From a virus, in the IMG/VR virus record IMGVR_UViG_3300049043_000133, positions 28,659 to 92,658 of that record: a stretch of DNA of 64,000 nt; one strand, given 5' to 3'. The notes beneath the pieces were generated by a model. The model saw only the letters and a list, made by a program, of their open reading frames with translations, was not told the origin of the DNA and did not search any database. Positions 22,577 through 32,397 of the stretch are shown one piece after another. The position numbers and the translations under genes are program-made. Within the stretch, counting starts at the first letter, position 1. Each line of letters begins with the position of its first letter.

Positions 22577-23111
22577 GACCCCAATCGAAACTCTTCCCTC
22601 CAATCCATTTATTTTTGAAGTTTTAGAACTTGTTTCAAAACAAAGAAGTAATACAAAAAAAGTTGAAGTTCTAAAAACTTATGAACACGATTCTTTAAAA
22701 ACAATCTTAATTTGGAACTTTGACGATACTGTAATTTCTCTTCTTCCTGATGGAGAAGTTCCTTATGCAAATGCAGATGAACAATCTGTTTATTCTGGAA
22801 CTCTATCAGAGAACTTAGCAAAAGAAGCTGCTGGTGGAGAATCTGCAACGGGTCAAGATTTGGATGGAAGAGGACGCACATCTCTTCGCAGAGAATATCA
22901 AAATCTTTATCATTATGTAAAAGGTGGTAATAATGGTCTTTCTACAATTCGCAGAGAGATGATGTTTATTAATCTTCTTCAAGGACTTCATCCAAGAGAA
23001 GCAGAAGTATTAATTCTTACAAAAGATAAAAGATTATCAAATAAATATAAGATAAGTATTGATAATGTAAAAGAAGCTTATCCTGACATTCAATGGGGAG
23101 GACGTTCTTGA
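22536..23111 (+). CDS. conserved T4-like hypothetical protein (DUF6433-like)
   Basis: IWNFD..ISLLPDGEVPY, RREMMFINLLQGLHP.EA. Confidence 0.65.
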   Translation: MTMTTTKTTKTKIETPIETLPSNPFIFEVLELVSKQRSNTKKVEVLKTYEHDSLKTILIWNFDDTVISLLPDGEVPYANADEQSVYSGTLSENLAKEAAGGESATGQDLDGRGRTSLRREYQNLYHYVKGGNNGLSTIRREMMFINLLQGLHPREAEVLILTKDKRLSNKYKISIDNVKEAYPDIQWGGRS

Positions 23112-23458
23112 TGAGTAGAACTCGTAATGTGGAAAGTATATCTGTAGAAAGAACTATGGGAAAAGAAGTAGATGAAACAAATATAGTTCCTTCTCAATAT
23201 GGATGTGAAATCTTGCTTGAAAAGACATCAATTGAAAAAGCAAAGGATACTTCTTTTCCTAATGATGCGCGTTTAATCTGGTATATTGTAGATGGAAAAC
23301 AATATATTGATTTAACCAGAGGAACTAACGTTCGTGTTTTTGATATGTATTATGATAAGTATGGTCCTGGTGCAGTTCAAAAAATTGATTTTGGATATGG
23401 AAGAATTAATCCCAAACTTTGGGGATATAAACAACCAGAGAAAAAGAAAAGACGATGA
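23111..23458 (+). CDS. hypothetical protein
   Basis: FDMYYDKYG...FGYGRINPKLWG. Confidence 0.55.
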   Translation: MSRTRNVESISVERTMGKEVDETNIVPSQYGCEILLEKTSIEKAKDTSFPNDARLIWYIVDGKQYIDLTRGTNVRVFDMYYDKYGPGAVQKIDFGYGRINPKLWGYKQPEKKKRR

Positions 23459-23640
23459 GTGAAGGATTTAGTAAAGAAAATATTGATATTGCAATCAATA
23501 AAGATGAGATAAATAATATATTAAAAAAATACAAAAAAATTAAAAAGTATCAAAAATCTTCCATTTTTAAAATCAAAACTATGGATGGAACTGAGACTTA
23601 TGTGAGCAAATTAATTCAGGAAGGGCAGGAGAACCTATGA
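23455..23640 (+). CDS. hypothetical protein
   Basis: ORF coupled to neighbours. Confidence 0.45.
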   Translation: MSEGFSKENIDIAINKDEINNILKKYKKIKKYQKSSIFKIKTMDGTETYVSKLIQEGQENL

Positions 23641-23643
23641 TAA

Positions 23644-23970
23644 ATGGGCAAGCATTATCTACTTAACTTATATGGATGTTCATTCGTTCTTTTAAATGAC
23701 GAACGATGTCTTGTAGATTTATTAGAAAATGCAGCAGTTGCATCGGGCGCAACTGTAGTTCAAACAATTTGGAAGAAGTTTGAACCACAAGGAGTTACTG
23801 TAATGTGTCTATTGTCGGAAAGTCATATTAGCATTCATACTTGGCCTGAAGAAGGGAAAGCAGCCGTAGATGTTTATACTTGCGGAGACTGTAATCCAAA
23901 GATTGGATGTGATATAATTATTCAACAACTTTATGCATCCAGCCATACATTAAGTTATATCGAGCGTTGA
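23644..23970 (+). CDS. speD: S-adenosylmethionine decarboxylase proenzyme
   Basis: FEPQGVT, LSESHISIHTWPE cleavage motif, DVYTCG. Confidence 0.93.
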   Translation: MGKHYLLNLYGCSFVLLNDERCLVDLLENAAVASGATVVQTIWKKFEPQGVTVMCLLSESHISIHTWPEEGKAAVDVYTCGDCNPKIGCDIIIQQLYASSHTLSYIER

Positions 23971-23976
23971 TATAAT

Positions 23977-24029
23977 TGTATCAGGAAATACACACAAACT
24001 TGACTATATAGAATGACTAGGGGTATAAT
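23977..24029 (+). promoter_or_regulatory. NtcA-type box plus sigma70 promoter
   Basis: TGTA-TCAGGAAA-TACA 23977-23992; TTGACT 24000-24005, 18 nt, TATAAT 24024-24029. Confidence 0.65.
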
Positions 24030-24039
24030 AATCCCCTAA

Positions 24040-24294
24040 CGTTCATCCTATGACTAAAGCACTTTTGCTTTTGGCATGGGTTCCACTTCTTTCTTTTTCT
24101 ACGCCGCAACTTACCAAACTTAATAATCAAGTGACGATAAGTTGTGATGTAGCTTGGGAACTAATGGACATCGTTAAAAACGACGATGTAGTAGATCAAA
24201 GAAGAGAAGACCGATTGCTATTAGAACTCCGAAAGGATGTTATAAAACTTAAGTGCTAAAACTGAATAGGACGGAAGTAAGCCGACTCGGAACG
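24040..24294 (+). ncRNA. glutamine-riboswitch-type aptamer 1 (Downstream-peptide/glnA family), P2 loop occupied by an ORF
   Basis: CGTTCA-TCCTAT 24040-24051 ... ATAGGA-CGGAAGTAAGCCGACTCG-GAACG 24266-24294. Confidence 0.6.
24050..24259 (+). CDS. 69-aa protein with signal-peptide-like N-terminus, nested in aptamer 1
   Basis: MTKALLLLAWVPLLSFS...ISCD...LKC. Confidence 0.6.
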   Translation: MTKALLLLAWVPLLSFSTPQLTKLNNQVTISCDVAWELMDIVKNDDVVDQRREDRLLLELRKDVIKLKC

Positions 24295-24297
24295 GAT

Positions 24298-24348
24298 CGT
24301 TCATTCGCTATTTGCAAATAGCGAACGCAAAAGTTGACTGAAGGAACG
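24298..24348 (+). ncRNA. glutamine-riboswitch-type aptamer 2 (Downstream-peptide family)
   Basis: CGTTCA-TTCGCTATTT-GC-AAATAGCGAA-CGCAAAAGTTGACTGAAG-GAACG; directly upstream of a YRG peptide gene. Confidence 0.75.
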
Positions 24349-24383
24349 CCACCTCACCCTAAACAAGTAAAGGAGCAAACCGA

Positions 24384-24515
24384 ATGACAACAGCAACGTA
24401 TCGTGGTGTTAAATATAACGTCGAAGATCGTAAAATCAACGTTCTTCAACTTATCAAAGATCAAATTGAAAAAGAACAACGTCGTAAAGCGGCACAACTA
24501 GCATCACTTAGATGA
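24384..24515 (+). CDS. DUF4278-like 'downstream peptide' (43 aa, not in ORF track)
   Basis: AAGGAG RBS; MTTATYRGVKYNVEDRKINVLQLIKDQIEKEQRRKAAQLASLR with YRG motif. Confidence 0.75.
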   Translation: MTTATYRGVKYNVEDRKINVLQLIKDQIEKEQRRKAAQLASLR

Positions 24516-24520
24516 TACTT

Positions 24521-24549
24521 AGAGAGGGACTTGACTCCCTCTCTTTTTT
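24521..24549 (+). terminator. rho-independent terminator overlapping the next promoter
   Basis: AGAGAGGGA-CTTGAC-TCCCTCTCT plus T run; TTGACT 24531 and TATAAT 24553. Confidence 0.8.
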
Positions 24550-24581
24550 GTCTATAATTACCTTTGTTGAGGTTGATAAAA

Positions 24582-24740
24582 ATGGATAAAGAAAAACTTA
24601 AGCTTATTGTAAAAAATCTTGAATCTTTAGTGAACTGTTTAAAATCAGAAGTTTATTCTGATACTTCCTCATATAAGTATGAAGAAATTGCTCCATATAT
24701 AAATGATTACGACGAAGTATTTTATGAAGATGATGACTGA
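24582..24740 (+). CDS. conserved small acidic protein
   Basis: MDKEKLKLIVKNLESLVNCLKSEVYSD...DYDEVFYEDDD. Confidence 0.6.
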   Translation: MDKEKLKLIVKNLESLVNCLKSEVYSDTSSYKYEEIAPYINDYDEVFYEDDD

Positions 24741-24796
24741 TATTACAACTGGTATTTATTTGTATAAATAATTATATAGTTTAAATAAATACCAAT

Positions 24797-25260
24797 ATGT
24801 CTAATTGGAAAATTATAAAAGAACTTGGAGTACGAACTTATTGTGGAAGAAATAGACCATACGTTATTGCAATCTGTCCTCATTGTAAAGAAGAAAAAGA
24901 AATAATGTATTATCATACAAGAAATAAATCTTGTGGATGTCTTAAAAAAGAAAGTGCTATAAAGAGGGGACAAAATCAAAGAACGGAAAATGGTCACATT
25001 AAATCTTTAATTACAAGATATAAAAAATCAGCAAAAGTAAGAAATATAGAATGGAACTTGAACTTTGATGATTTTTCTGTTATAGTAAAATCAAATTGCT
25101 TTTATTGTGGTAAAGAACCTAACTTAAGAAAGGGTAAAACTCAATACGGAAAAGTAATTCCTACAAATGGGATTGATAGAAAAATAAATTCTATTGGTTA
25201 TATAAAAGAAAATTGTGTTCTATTGTATTGACTTGCAATTAAATGAATTTATGATACGAC
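24797..25260 (+). CDS. free-standing HNH-type homing endonuclease (3' end garbled)
   Basis: CPHC, KSCGC, YKKSAKVRNIEWNL, CFYCG, NGIDR...GYIKENCV; late promoter upstream. Confidence 0.7.
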
Positions 25261-25322
25261 CTAGAAGCTTTAAAACTCATATAGTGTTAAAATCCATGAA
25301 AATGCTGGAAGAATTTGAATCT

Positions 25323-26008
25323 ATGAAACCTGAAGTCAAGTTTATATCTGCTACACCTGATGCAGTAAAGCATATGTATCGCAAGAGTTTCAAATCCAAC
25401 AGAATGAAAACTCTACTCTTTGCAGGACTACTTAAGTATTGTATTCAGCATCAACATTGGAGTCAATCTTTGAACAGATCTTCACTGACTGTTGAAATTA
25501 ATACTACAAGAGGCATTGCAGCACAAATTTTGAGGCATCGTAGTTTTACCTTTCAAGAGTTTTCTCAACGATATGCTGATACTGGGCTTTTAAGTAAATC
25601 AATTCCTCTCCCCGAACTTCGTCGGCAAGATACTAAAAATCGTCAAAATAGTATTGATGATATCCCTGATTATTTAAAACTGGTTTTGCTTGAAGATATT
25701 CGTGTGCTTTTTGAACACTCTCAGAGCATCTACAATCGTCTTCTAGATAAGGGTGTGGCAAAAGAGTGTGCAAGGTTTGTACTGCCCTTAGCAACTCCCA
25801 CAAGACTGTATATGACGGGTTCTGTGCGTTCTTGGATTCATTATATTGATTTGCGTTCAGCACACGGAACTCAAAAAGAACATATGGAGATTGCAGAAGC
25901 AATTCGTTGTATCTTTACCTGCCAGTTTCCTGCTGTATCTGAAGCACTTGGATGGACTAGAGAAACTGTCCAGAGTGTATGGATGCCCCATCTATCACTC
26001 TCGAATAA
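25323..26008 (+). CDS. thyX: flavin-dependent thymidylate synthase; indels at both ends
   Basis: QILRHRSFTFQEFSQRY ThyX motif, KECARFVLP, GSVRSWIHY...R...TQKEH. Confidence 0.92.
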
Positions 26009-26033
26009 ATATTTCCGTTATAATTGATATTAC

Positions 26034-26283
26034 ATGGCAACATACCCTGTTTACAATAAAGTTACTGGTGAACAAAAAGAAGTGACAATGAGTGTTCACG
26101 ATTGGGAACAATGGAAAAAAGACAATACTGATTGGGATAGAGACTGGAGTGATCCTTCAACTTGTCCTTCTGCTGCTGAGGTTGGAGAAGTTTACTGATA
26201 GACTTAAAAAATCTCATCCTGGATGGAACGAAATTTTACACAAAGCATCAAAGGCTCCTGGATCCAAAGTAAAACCCGTTTAG
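26034..26283 (+). CDS. conserved hypothetical protein; frameshift near 26195
   Basis: MATYPVYNKVTGEQKEVTMS...WDRDWSDP...GWNEILHKASKAPGS. Confidence 0.65.
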
Positions 26284-26289
26284 AAAGAA

Positions 26290-27045
26290 ATGCCAAGAAA
26301 AAGAAATCAACCAGCATCTCCAGTTCCTTTCGGTATGAGCAATAAGCAAATGAAACGCAAAAAACCAATTAATTTAGATTTGATGAGAGACATTGAACCT
26401 CTCACTGATAATCAAGAAGAATTTTTTAGATCTTACCGATTGGATAAAAACATTGTTGCTTATGGATGTGCAGGAACTGGTAAGACCTTTATTGCTCTTT
26501 ATAATGCTCTTCAGGACGTTTTAGATGAAAAGTCCCCCTATGAAAAGATTTACATTGTTCGTTCATTAGTTGCTACAAGAGAGATTGGTTTCCTTCCTGG
26601 AGATCACGAAGATAAATCTTCACTTTACCAAATTCCATATAAGAATATGGTAAAGTATATGTTTGAGATGCCAGACGATTCCAGTTTTGAGATGCTGTAT
26701 GGTAATCTTAAAACTCAAGGTACGATTAGTTTTTGGAGCACATCATTCATTCGTGGAACAACTTTAGATAATTCAATTATCATCGTAGATGAATTTCAAA
26801 ACTTGAATTTTCATGAACTTGATAGTATCATTACTCGTGTAGGAGAAAATAGTAAAATTATATTCTGTGGAGATGCAACACAATCTGATTTGATCAGAAC
26901 AAATGAGAAGAATGGCATCGTTGATTTTATGAGAGTTCTTCGTATCATGCCTTCAATTGATATTATTGAGTTTGGTGTTGATGATATTGTAAGAAGTGGT
27001 TTAGTTAAAGAGTATATTCTTGCAAAAATGGAAGTGGGTGTATGA
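26290..27045 (+). CDS. phoH: PhoH-family ATPase
   Basis: GCAGTGKT Walker A, IGFLPG, FIRGTT, VDEFQN, GDATQSD, IVRSGLV. Confidence 0.93.
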   Translation: MPRKRNQPASPVPFGMSNKQMKRKKPINLDLMRDIEPLTDNQEEFFRSYRLDKNIVAYGCAGTGKTFIALYNALQDVLDEKSPYEKIYIVRSLVATREIGFLPGDHEDKSSLYQIPYKNMVKYMFEMPDDSSFEMLYGNLKTQGTISFWSTSFIRGTTLDNSIIIVDEFQNLNFHELDSIITRVGENSKIIFCGDATQSDLIRTNEKNGIVDFMRVLRIMPSIDIIEFGVDDIVRSGLVKEYILAKMEVGV

Positions 27046-27721
27046 GTTTTATTCATCATAATTTTTTAGGTGAGCTTGAATTAGAAAAGAAAGAGCAGAA
27101 CGGCATCCGTCTCTATAATCTTCCCAATGGAGATTGGGTGCCTTCTATTACATCAGTTACCTCCTTTTATAATCGTCAAATCTTTGCGGATTGGAGAAAA
27201 CGTAAAGGACTTGAAGAAGCAAATCGTATCACTAAAAGAGCAACAGCACGAGGAACTGATTTCCACCAAGTTTGTCAGGACTATCTTGAAAATAAAGAAC
27301 TGAACTGGGATGATTATCAACCCCTAACAAAGTTTATGTTTTATCACCTCAAACCAGAACTTGATAAAATAAATAATATTCATGCAATTGAAAGAACTTT
27401 ATATTCACAGTACTACGGACTTGCGGCCGAGTTGATTGTATTGCAGAATACGAAGGAGAACTTGCTGTTATTGACTTCAAAACTTCAGATAAAATCAAAC
27501 CAGAAGAGTGGATTGAAAACTATTTCGTTCAAGAAATGTTTTATGCTGCTGCTTATTATGAGCTCACTGAAAAACCTATTAAAAAATTAATTACATTGAT
27601 GGTCACTCCTGGCGGAGAAGTTAAAGTATTTGACAAAAGAAACAAAGGGGATTATATTAAGTTATTAGTCCGATATATCAAAGAATTTGTACATCACAAT
27701 ACTGGGTCAGATGGAAAATGA
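27042..27721 (+). CDS. PD-(D/E)xK exonuclease (Cas4-like); frameshift near 27425
   Basis: PSITSV, ARGTDFH, then RVDCIAEY...IDFKTS in the shifted frame. Confidence 0.8.
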
Positions 27722-27968
27722 ATTAGAGAAAGCATTAGAAGATAAGTTCTTTTGTCCATCAAAGTTTGCACAAGAAATTGAATCTCTTGTTCATACAAAT
27801 GAGGATATGAACTATATTGATGCCATTATTCATTTCTGCGAAAAGAATAGCATTGATGTTGAGTCTGTTCCTAAGTTGATTTCCAAACCATTGAAAGAAA
27901 AAATTAAGTATGAAGCAATGGAACTTAATTTCCTTAAAAAAACTTCCCGTGCTAAATTAGTATTTTGA
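27711..27968 (+). CDS. g33: late transcription coactivator gp33
   Basis: YIDAIIHFCEKNSIDVESVPKLISKPLKEKIKYEA; synteny with g59 and g32. Confidence 0.85.
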   Translation: MENELEKALEDKFFCPSKFAQEIESLVHTNEDMNYIDAIIHFCEKNSIDVESVPKLISKPLKEKIKYEAMELNFLKKTSRAKLVF

Positions 27969-28565
27969 ATGATGCCTTTTGATGCATATCGTGAATATCT
28001 TGCTCTAAAGAATCACTTTACAAAAGATAGTTATGACTACTTTAAGTATTGTGGTAAAAGTCGTGCAACGGTTCAATCTTTTTACAAACGTCGTGACAGA
28101 TTTTGGTTTGAAAAAATTGCAAGGCAAAAAACAGATCAAGAAGTTGTAGATTTTTTTGTATCTAACTTTATTACCTGCACAGATCCAAGTAAACTTTGGA
28201 TTGGAGAAATGATACGAGAAGGTGATCAAAGATACGAAGAATGGAAGAAAAAAAATCAATCACTTTCTTATATTTTTAAACAAGAAACTCAAAGTTTATT
28301 TGAGGGTAAAAAAGTTGATGAAGTTTTTAAATGCTCTAAAGGACATCCTCTAATACTTAAAAACTTTTTGAGTGGAAATATAAGTCTAGAAACCCTAGTG
28401 ATTTATGATAAAATATTTTTGTTTGGAAAGAATTTTGATAAGAAACTTCAAGATCCTGTGTGGGAATCTGTAAGTATGAAAATGAAAAAGTATTCTCCTT
28501 TCATACATATAGATGTACAACGTTATAAAAGTATTTTAAAAGAAATTATTTTGGGGGATCGATGA
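27969..28565 (+). CDS. g59: helicase loader gp59
   Basis: YLALKNHFT...YDYFKY, F.KR.DRFWFEK, ISLETL. Confidence 0.88.
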   Translation: MMPFDAYREYLALKNHFTKDSYDYFKYCGKSRATVQSFYKRRDRFWFEKIARQKTDQEVVDFFVSNFITCTDPSKLWIGEMIREGDQRYEEWKKKNQSLSYIFKQETQSLFEGKKVDEVFKCSKGHPLILKNFLSGNISLETLVIYDKIFLFGKNFDKKLQDPVWESVSMKMKKYSPFIHIDVQRYKSILKEIILGDR

Positions 28566-28907
28566 GTTTTTTTAAATCTGAAGTCGTCCGTGCTGAGATG
28601 GCAGAAATTAGTGAATTGCAAGAGGACGTTTATCAAAATGTCTTTAAGTTCTCCACGATGTCAAAAGAAGAACAACTTAATCATGTAAAAACTCTTGAAA
28701 AACTTCTTGAAAAACAAAAAGTTCTTTACACCAGATTAAGTTTATCTGATGATCCTGAAGCAGTTGCAATGAAAGAAAAAATTTCTGAATCTGCACTCAA
28801 TGATGGGACTTCCCCAAAATGTGGATATGAATGTTATTTTTAATAATATGTCAAGAATGTTGGATATTATGAAAGAACAAATTGACAAGACAGGTTCCGA
28901 CCTGTAG
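28562..28907 (+). CDS. DUF1825-like protein; frameshift near 28800
   Basis: MSFFKSEVVRAEM, EKQKVLYTRLSLSDDPEA. Confidence 0.7.
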
Positions 28908-28910
28908 AAT
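28882..28910 (+). promoter_or_regulatory. sigma70-type promoter of g32
   Basis: TTGACA-17-TAGAAT. Confidence 0.7.
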
Positions 28911-28956
28911 AACGAAGTACACAAAAGCCAAATCCGTACAAATACGAGGTAATCTA

Positions 28957-29892
28957 ATGTCTTTTAAAGATCTTAAGAAACAGTCTTCTCTTGGTTCCCT
29001 GACTCAAAAACTGGTGAAGGAAGTAGAGAAGATGAGTACAACTTCTGGGGGTGCTGATGAGCGTCTCTGGAAACCTGAAATGGACAAAACTGGTAATGGT
29101 TTTGCAGTCATTCGTTTTCTTCCTGCTCCTGAAGGTGAAGAACTTCCCTGGGCAAAAATGTATTCTCACGCATTCCAAGGTCCTGGTGGATGGTATATTG
29201 AGAACAGTCTGACTACAATTGGTCAGAAAGATCCTCTTGGAGAATATAATCGTGAACTATGGAACAGTGGAACTGAAACGAATAAGGAAACTGTTCGTAA
29301 GCAGAAGCGTAAACTGTCCTACTATAGTAACATCTATGTTGTGAAGGATCCCACTAATCCTCAAAACGAAGGTAAAGTCTTTCTGTTTAAGTATGGAAAG
29401 AAAATCTTTGATAAGATTATGGAAGCGATGCAACCTGAATTTGAGGATGAAACTCCTATCAATCCTTTTGATTTCTGGCAAGGTGCAAACTTCAAACTGA
29501 AGATTGTGAAGAAGGATGGTTATTGGAACTATGATAAGTCTGAGTTTGGTTCTGTAGAACCTCTGCTGGACGATGATGATGCCCTGGAAGCAATCTGGAA
29601 GAAAGAGTATTCTCTTGCTGCTGTGACTGCTCCTGATCAATTCAAGTCCTATGATGAACTTGAAAAGCGTCTGAAGTATGTTCTTGGGCAAAAAGGTTCT
29701 TCTCGTTCTTCTGTTGAAGAAGAAACTGAGTATGATGATTACTCTGAGAACAATGTTGAGAGTACTGTTGTAAAAGAACTTGAAGAGTCTTACGCTCGTT
29801 CTAAGTCCCCTTCACTTCCAGTTGTTACAAAAGAAGTTGATGACGATGAGGATGATGCTCTTGCATACTTCTCTCGTCTCGCAGAAGAGTGA
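28957..29892 (+). CDS. g32: single-stranded DNA-binding protein gp32
   Basis: DERLWKP..DKTGNGFAVIRFLP, WYIENSLTT, FKYGKKIFDK, GANFKLK, acidic tail. Confidence 0.95.
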   Translation: MSFKDLKKQSSLGSLTQKLVKEVEKMSTTSGGADERLWKPEMDKTGNGFAVIRFLPAPEGEELPWAKMYSHAFQGPGGWYIENSLTTIGQKDPLGEYNRELWNSGTETNKETVRKQKRKLSYYSNIYVVKDPTNPQNEGKVFLFKYGKKIFDKIMEAMQPEFEDETPINPFDFWQGANFKLKIVKKDGYWNYDKSEFGSVEPLLDDDDALEAIWKKEYSLAAVTAPDQFKSYDELEKRLKYVLGQKGSSRSSVEEETEYDDYSENNVESTVVKELEESYARSKSPSLPVVTKEVDDDEDDALAYFSRLAEE

Positions 29893-30560
29893 TTAAGAAT
29901 ATAGTTTAATATTATCTGCTCTTTTCAGGTCCTCACTAACATACTGTGAGGACCCTTTTTATATGGCATAATATCTTCCATATCATTGAGAACAATATTT
30001 AAGTATTGTGATTTAAGGAGAAAGATATTTCTCTTATCATTCTCTAATTTTTCTTCATACTCATAGTTGGTAACGGGAGACTGCAATATTTCCTGTATCA
30101 ATTTGCTGATCTATAAAGTAATCATAAAAACTTACAGAATAACTTGAAGGAACTTGCAATTCAGATGGAACAATTACAACACCTTGACTGTTTTTGACTT
30201 CTACTGTTTCGTAATGATGAATGCCACCATACAAGGTATCATAGTTTCCATACTTTGATAGCATTAGATCATCAAATTGTTGTTGGGGTAATGGCCATTC
30301 TGTTTGAATATTAACAATATTATTACAAAGAAGAACTAACCAATCAAGTGTAGAATCGTTATAAACTTCATAAGCAACATTATCTGGACGATCATTACCT
30401 TTGATTTGATATTTGGTGAAGAATGCTAAGTCTTGAAAAATATCCTCTCTAAGTTTTCCTTTTTAAATAAGTTTTTAAGTGGAGCATAGTCTCCAATCTT
30501 AGAGTTTGGAAGTCTGCTAACGTATTCGAAGTTTGGAACTTGGCGGAAGTAACTTGGCAT
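29893..30560 (-). CDS. g53: baseplate wedge gp53; several indels
   Basis: MPSYFRQVPNFEY, RPDNVAY, LDWLVLLCNNI, GIHHYET, YEEKLENDKRNI. Confidence 0.8.
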
Positions 30561-30561
30561 T

Positions 30562-31930
30562 TTAGTATCCTATAAAATTGTCTTTATCTGTATCAAGTTC
30601 ACTATAATCATCGTCATAAATTGGTTCAAGTTCTTGGAATGTTAAATCAAGTTGATAGGAGACCATTGCCCCATCTTTGAAAGACATATAGGTCCCTTCT
30701 GGAGTGTAATTTACATTACAATTTGTCAAGGCACACTCTTTAAATTTATTTAAGTATGGATGACTTTTATCTCTTAAAAATATAAGAAATTGCAAAAGTA
30801 TGAGGTGTCTGTAATAAAAATGAAGAAGCAGATCTTTTTACTGACATTGATTGCTTAAATGCTCTGATAATTTTTTTAACTACTTTTGCCTCTTCGCCTG
30901 AACGTGGTGATAATCTAAAACTAAAAGAAAATTGACGAAGATCTGGAGAATTGAAAAGTAATTCTAAGTTTGGATTGATTATGGCACCAAATTGTCTTTG
31001 CATTAATCCTTCTGCACCAATAGCACCTTCTGCCAATTTTCCAATTATTGCAGTTCTAACTCCACTAGTCTCTTTTGCCAGCTGCTGTTGTTTGACGTTT
31101 AAATTCGGCACCAATATCTCCTCCGGTTATTCCTGTCAGTAAATAATTTCCCCAATGCTTGATCTAAATCAGATAATTTTAAATCTGACCAACTTACTCG
31201 ATTCTATCAGATATTCCTCCAGGAATTGGTAATACTATAGTTCCTATTCTTTGTCTATCTTTAATACCTGGTTTTTTATCTTCTATAATTACTCTACGCA
31301 GATCTCTATTTCCCTGTCCAAATCCTTTGAGACCTGATTGTTGATACTTTATAATTGAAAATTTAATACAATCTTGGTATTCACGATTTGTAACTCCAAT
31401 CTGGATATGACAATCGTGAGTGTTCTAATCCGTAATTGTCTCTTGACTTTATTGTCTTTAAATCCTTATTGATAAAATTAAGTTGTGTTTCATCTAATGC
31501 ACCTTGGAAGTCGTTTCCAGTTCCTGTTGCATGCTACTTTTCCAAGTTGCTAATTGGTTAATTGTTTGTCTGGTAGTATCCTGCTTAATTTTGCGTCTAT
31601 ATTTGCTGCGATTTTGTGTTGTTGATTTAATATTACCATCGGATTTATAGTGAAGCAAGCTTGATCTGAATTGTATTATTGACTTTTGCTTTGAATCTAT
31701 TCTGAATTCAAGTTTTCCACCATCAGTTGATGTTGCCAATGCTCTTGGTGTTGATACAGTTCCTCCAGATACTGTGTCTTGTACAAGTTAATTTGATGAT
31801 TCAAGTTCCATTTCTACTATTGCATTTAGTATCTATTAATGTTGTTACTTTTAGTATTAAGTGTCTTTGTCAATGTAGTAATTTACTTATATTTGCATCC
31901 ATCATGATTGTCCATTATTGACTGCGCATC
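30562..31930 (-). CDS. baseplate tail-tube cap gp48-like; heavily frameshifted, 5' end uncertain
   Basis: INPNLELLFNSPDLRQFSFSFRLSPRS, CALTNCNVNYTPEG, LTFQELEPIY. Confidence 0.75.
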
Positions 31931-32004
31931 AAACTCTCTCCTCATTTACAAGAAGATTACTCATCTCAATTTTTTGTAGAGTGTGAGACATTGATAAGGA
32001 GTTT

Positions 32005-32397
32005 TTATTTATTTAGACGAAATTTTCCATACTGTAAAGCAATCAATTCATCAAGTTCTTCGTACTTAACAACGTGAAGTTGTCCTGCTACTTCTTCCCA
32101 GGTGTAATTTCTATACTTTCTCCAGTGAAAATTAATACCTCTAAATCCCCATCTTTGAATTTCGGTACAGGCAATTAATGGATGTTGATCATATTCTATT
32201 CCTGGTGTTTTTGCATTATAGACAAATGTATAATACTTTCCAACTTCAGGTGTCCAAGTTTTTTCTATAAAGATCTCCATAATCAATATCATAATTTCTT
32301 CGGGATCTTTAATATTACCTTTACTAATTTGTCGTTTAAGTTCTCTAACTTTTGCTGTTGATCCGGTTTGAATATATTGACCAAAACCTTCTGCCAT
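32005..32397 (-). CDS. gp2 (DNA end protector)-like protein
   Basis: GKYYTFVYNAK, YDQHPLI, GFRGINFHW. Confidence 0.55.
   Translation of the reverse strand: MAEGFGQYIQTGSTAKVRELKRQISKGNIKDPEEIMILIMEIFIEKTWTPEVGKYYTFVYNAKTPGIEYDQHPLIACTEIQRWGFRGINFHWRKYRNYTWEEVAGQLHVVKYEELDELIALQYGKFRLNK

Noticed and set aside
24741-25330. Possible group I intron around the HNH gene before thyX
   Set aside because: No P/Q/R/S core elements found and flanking genes are not interrupted; treated as a free-standing endonuclease.
27042-27721. Cas4-like nuclease as a sign of a CRISPR system
   Set aside because: Standard T4-like cyanophage exonuclease between phoH and g33; no repeat-spacer array or other cas genes seen in the window.
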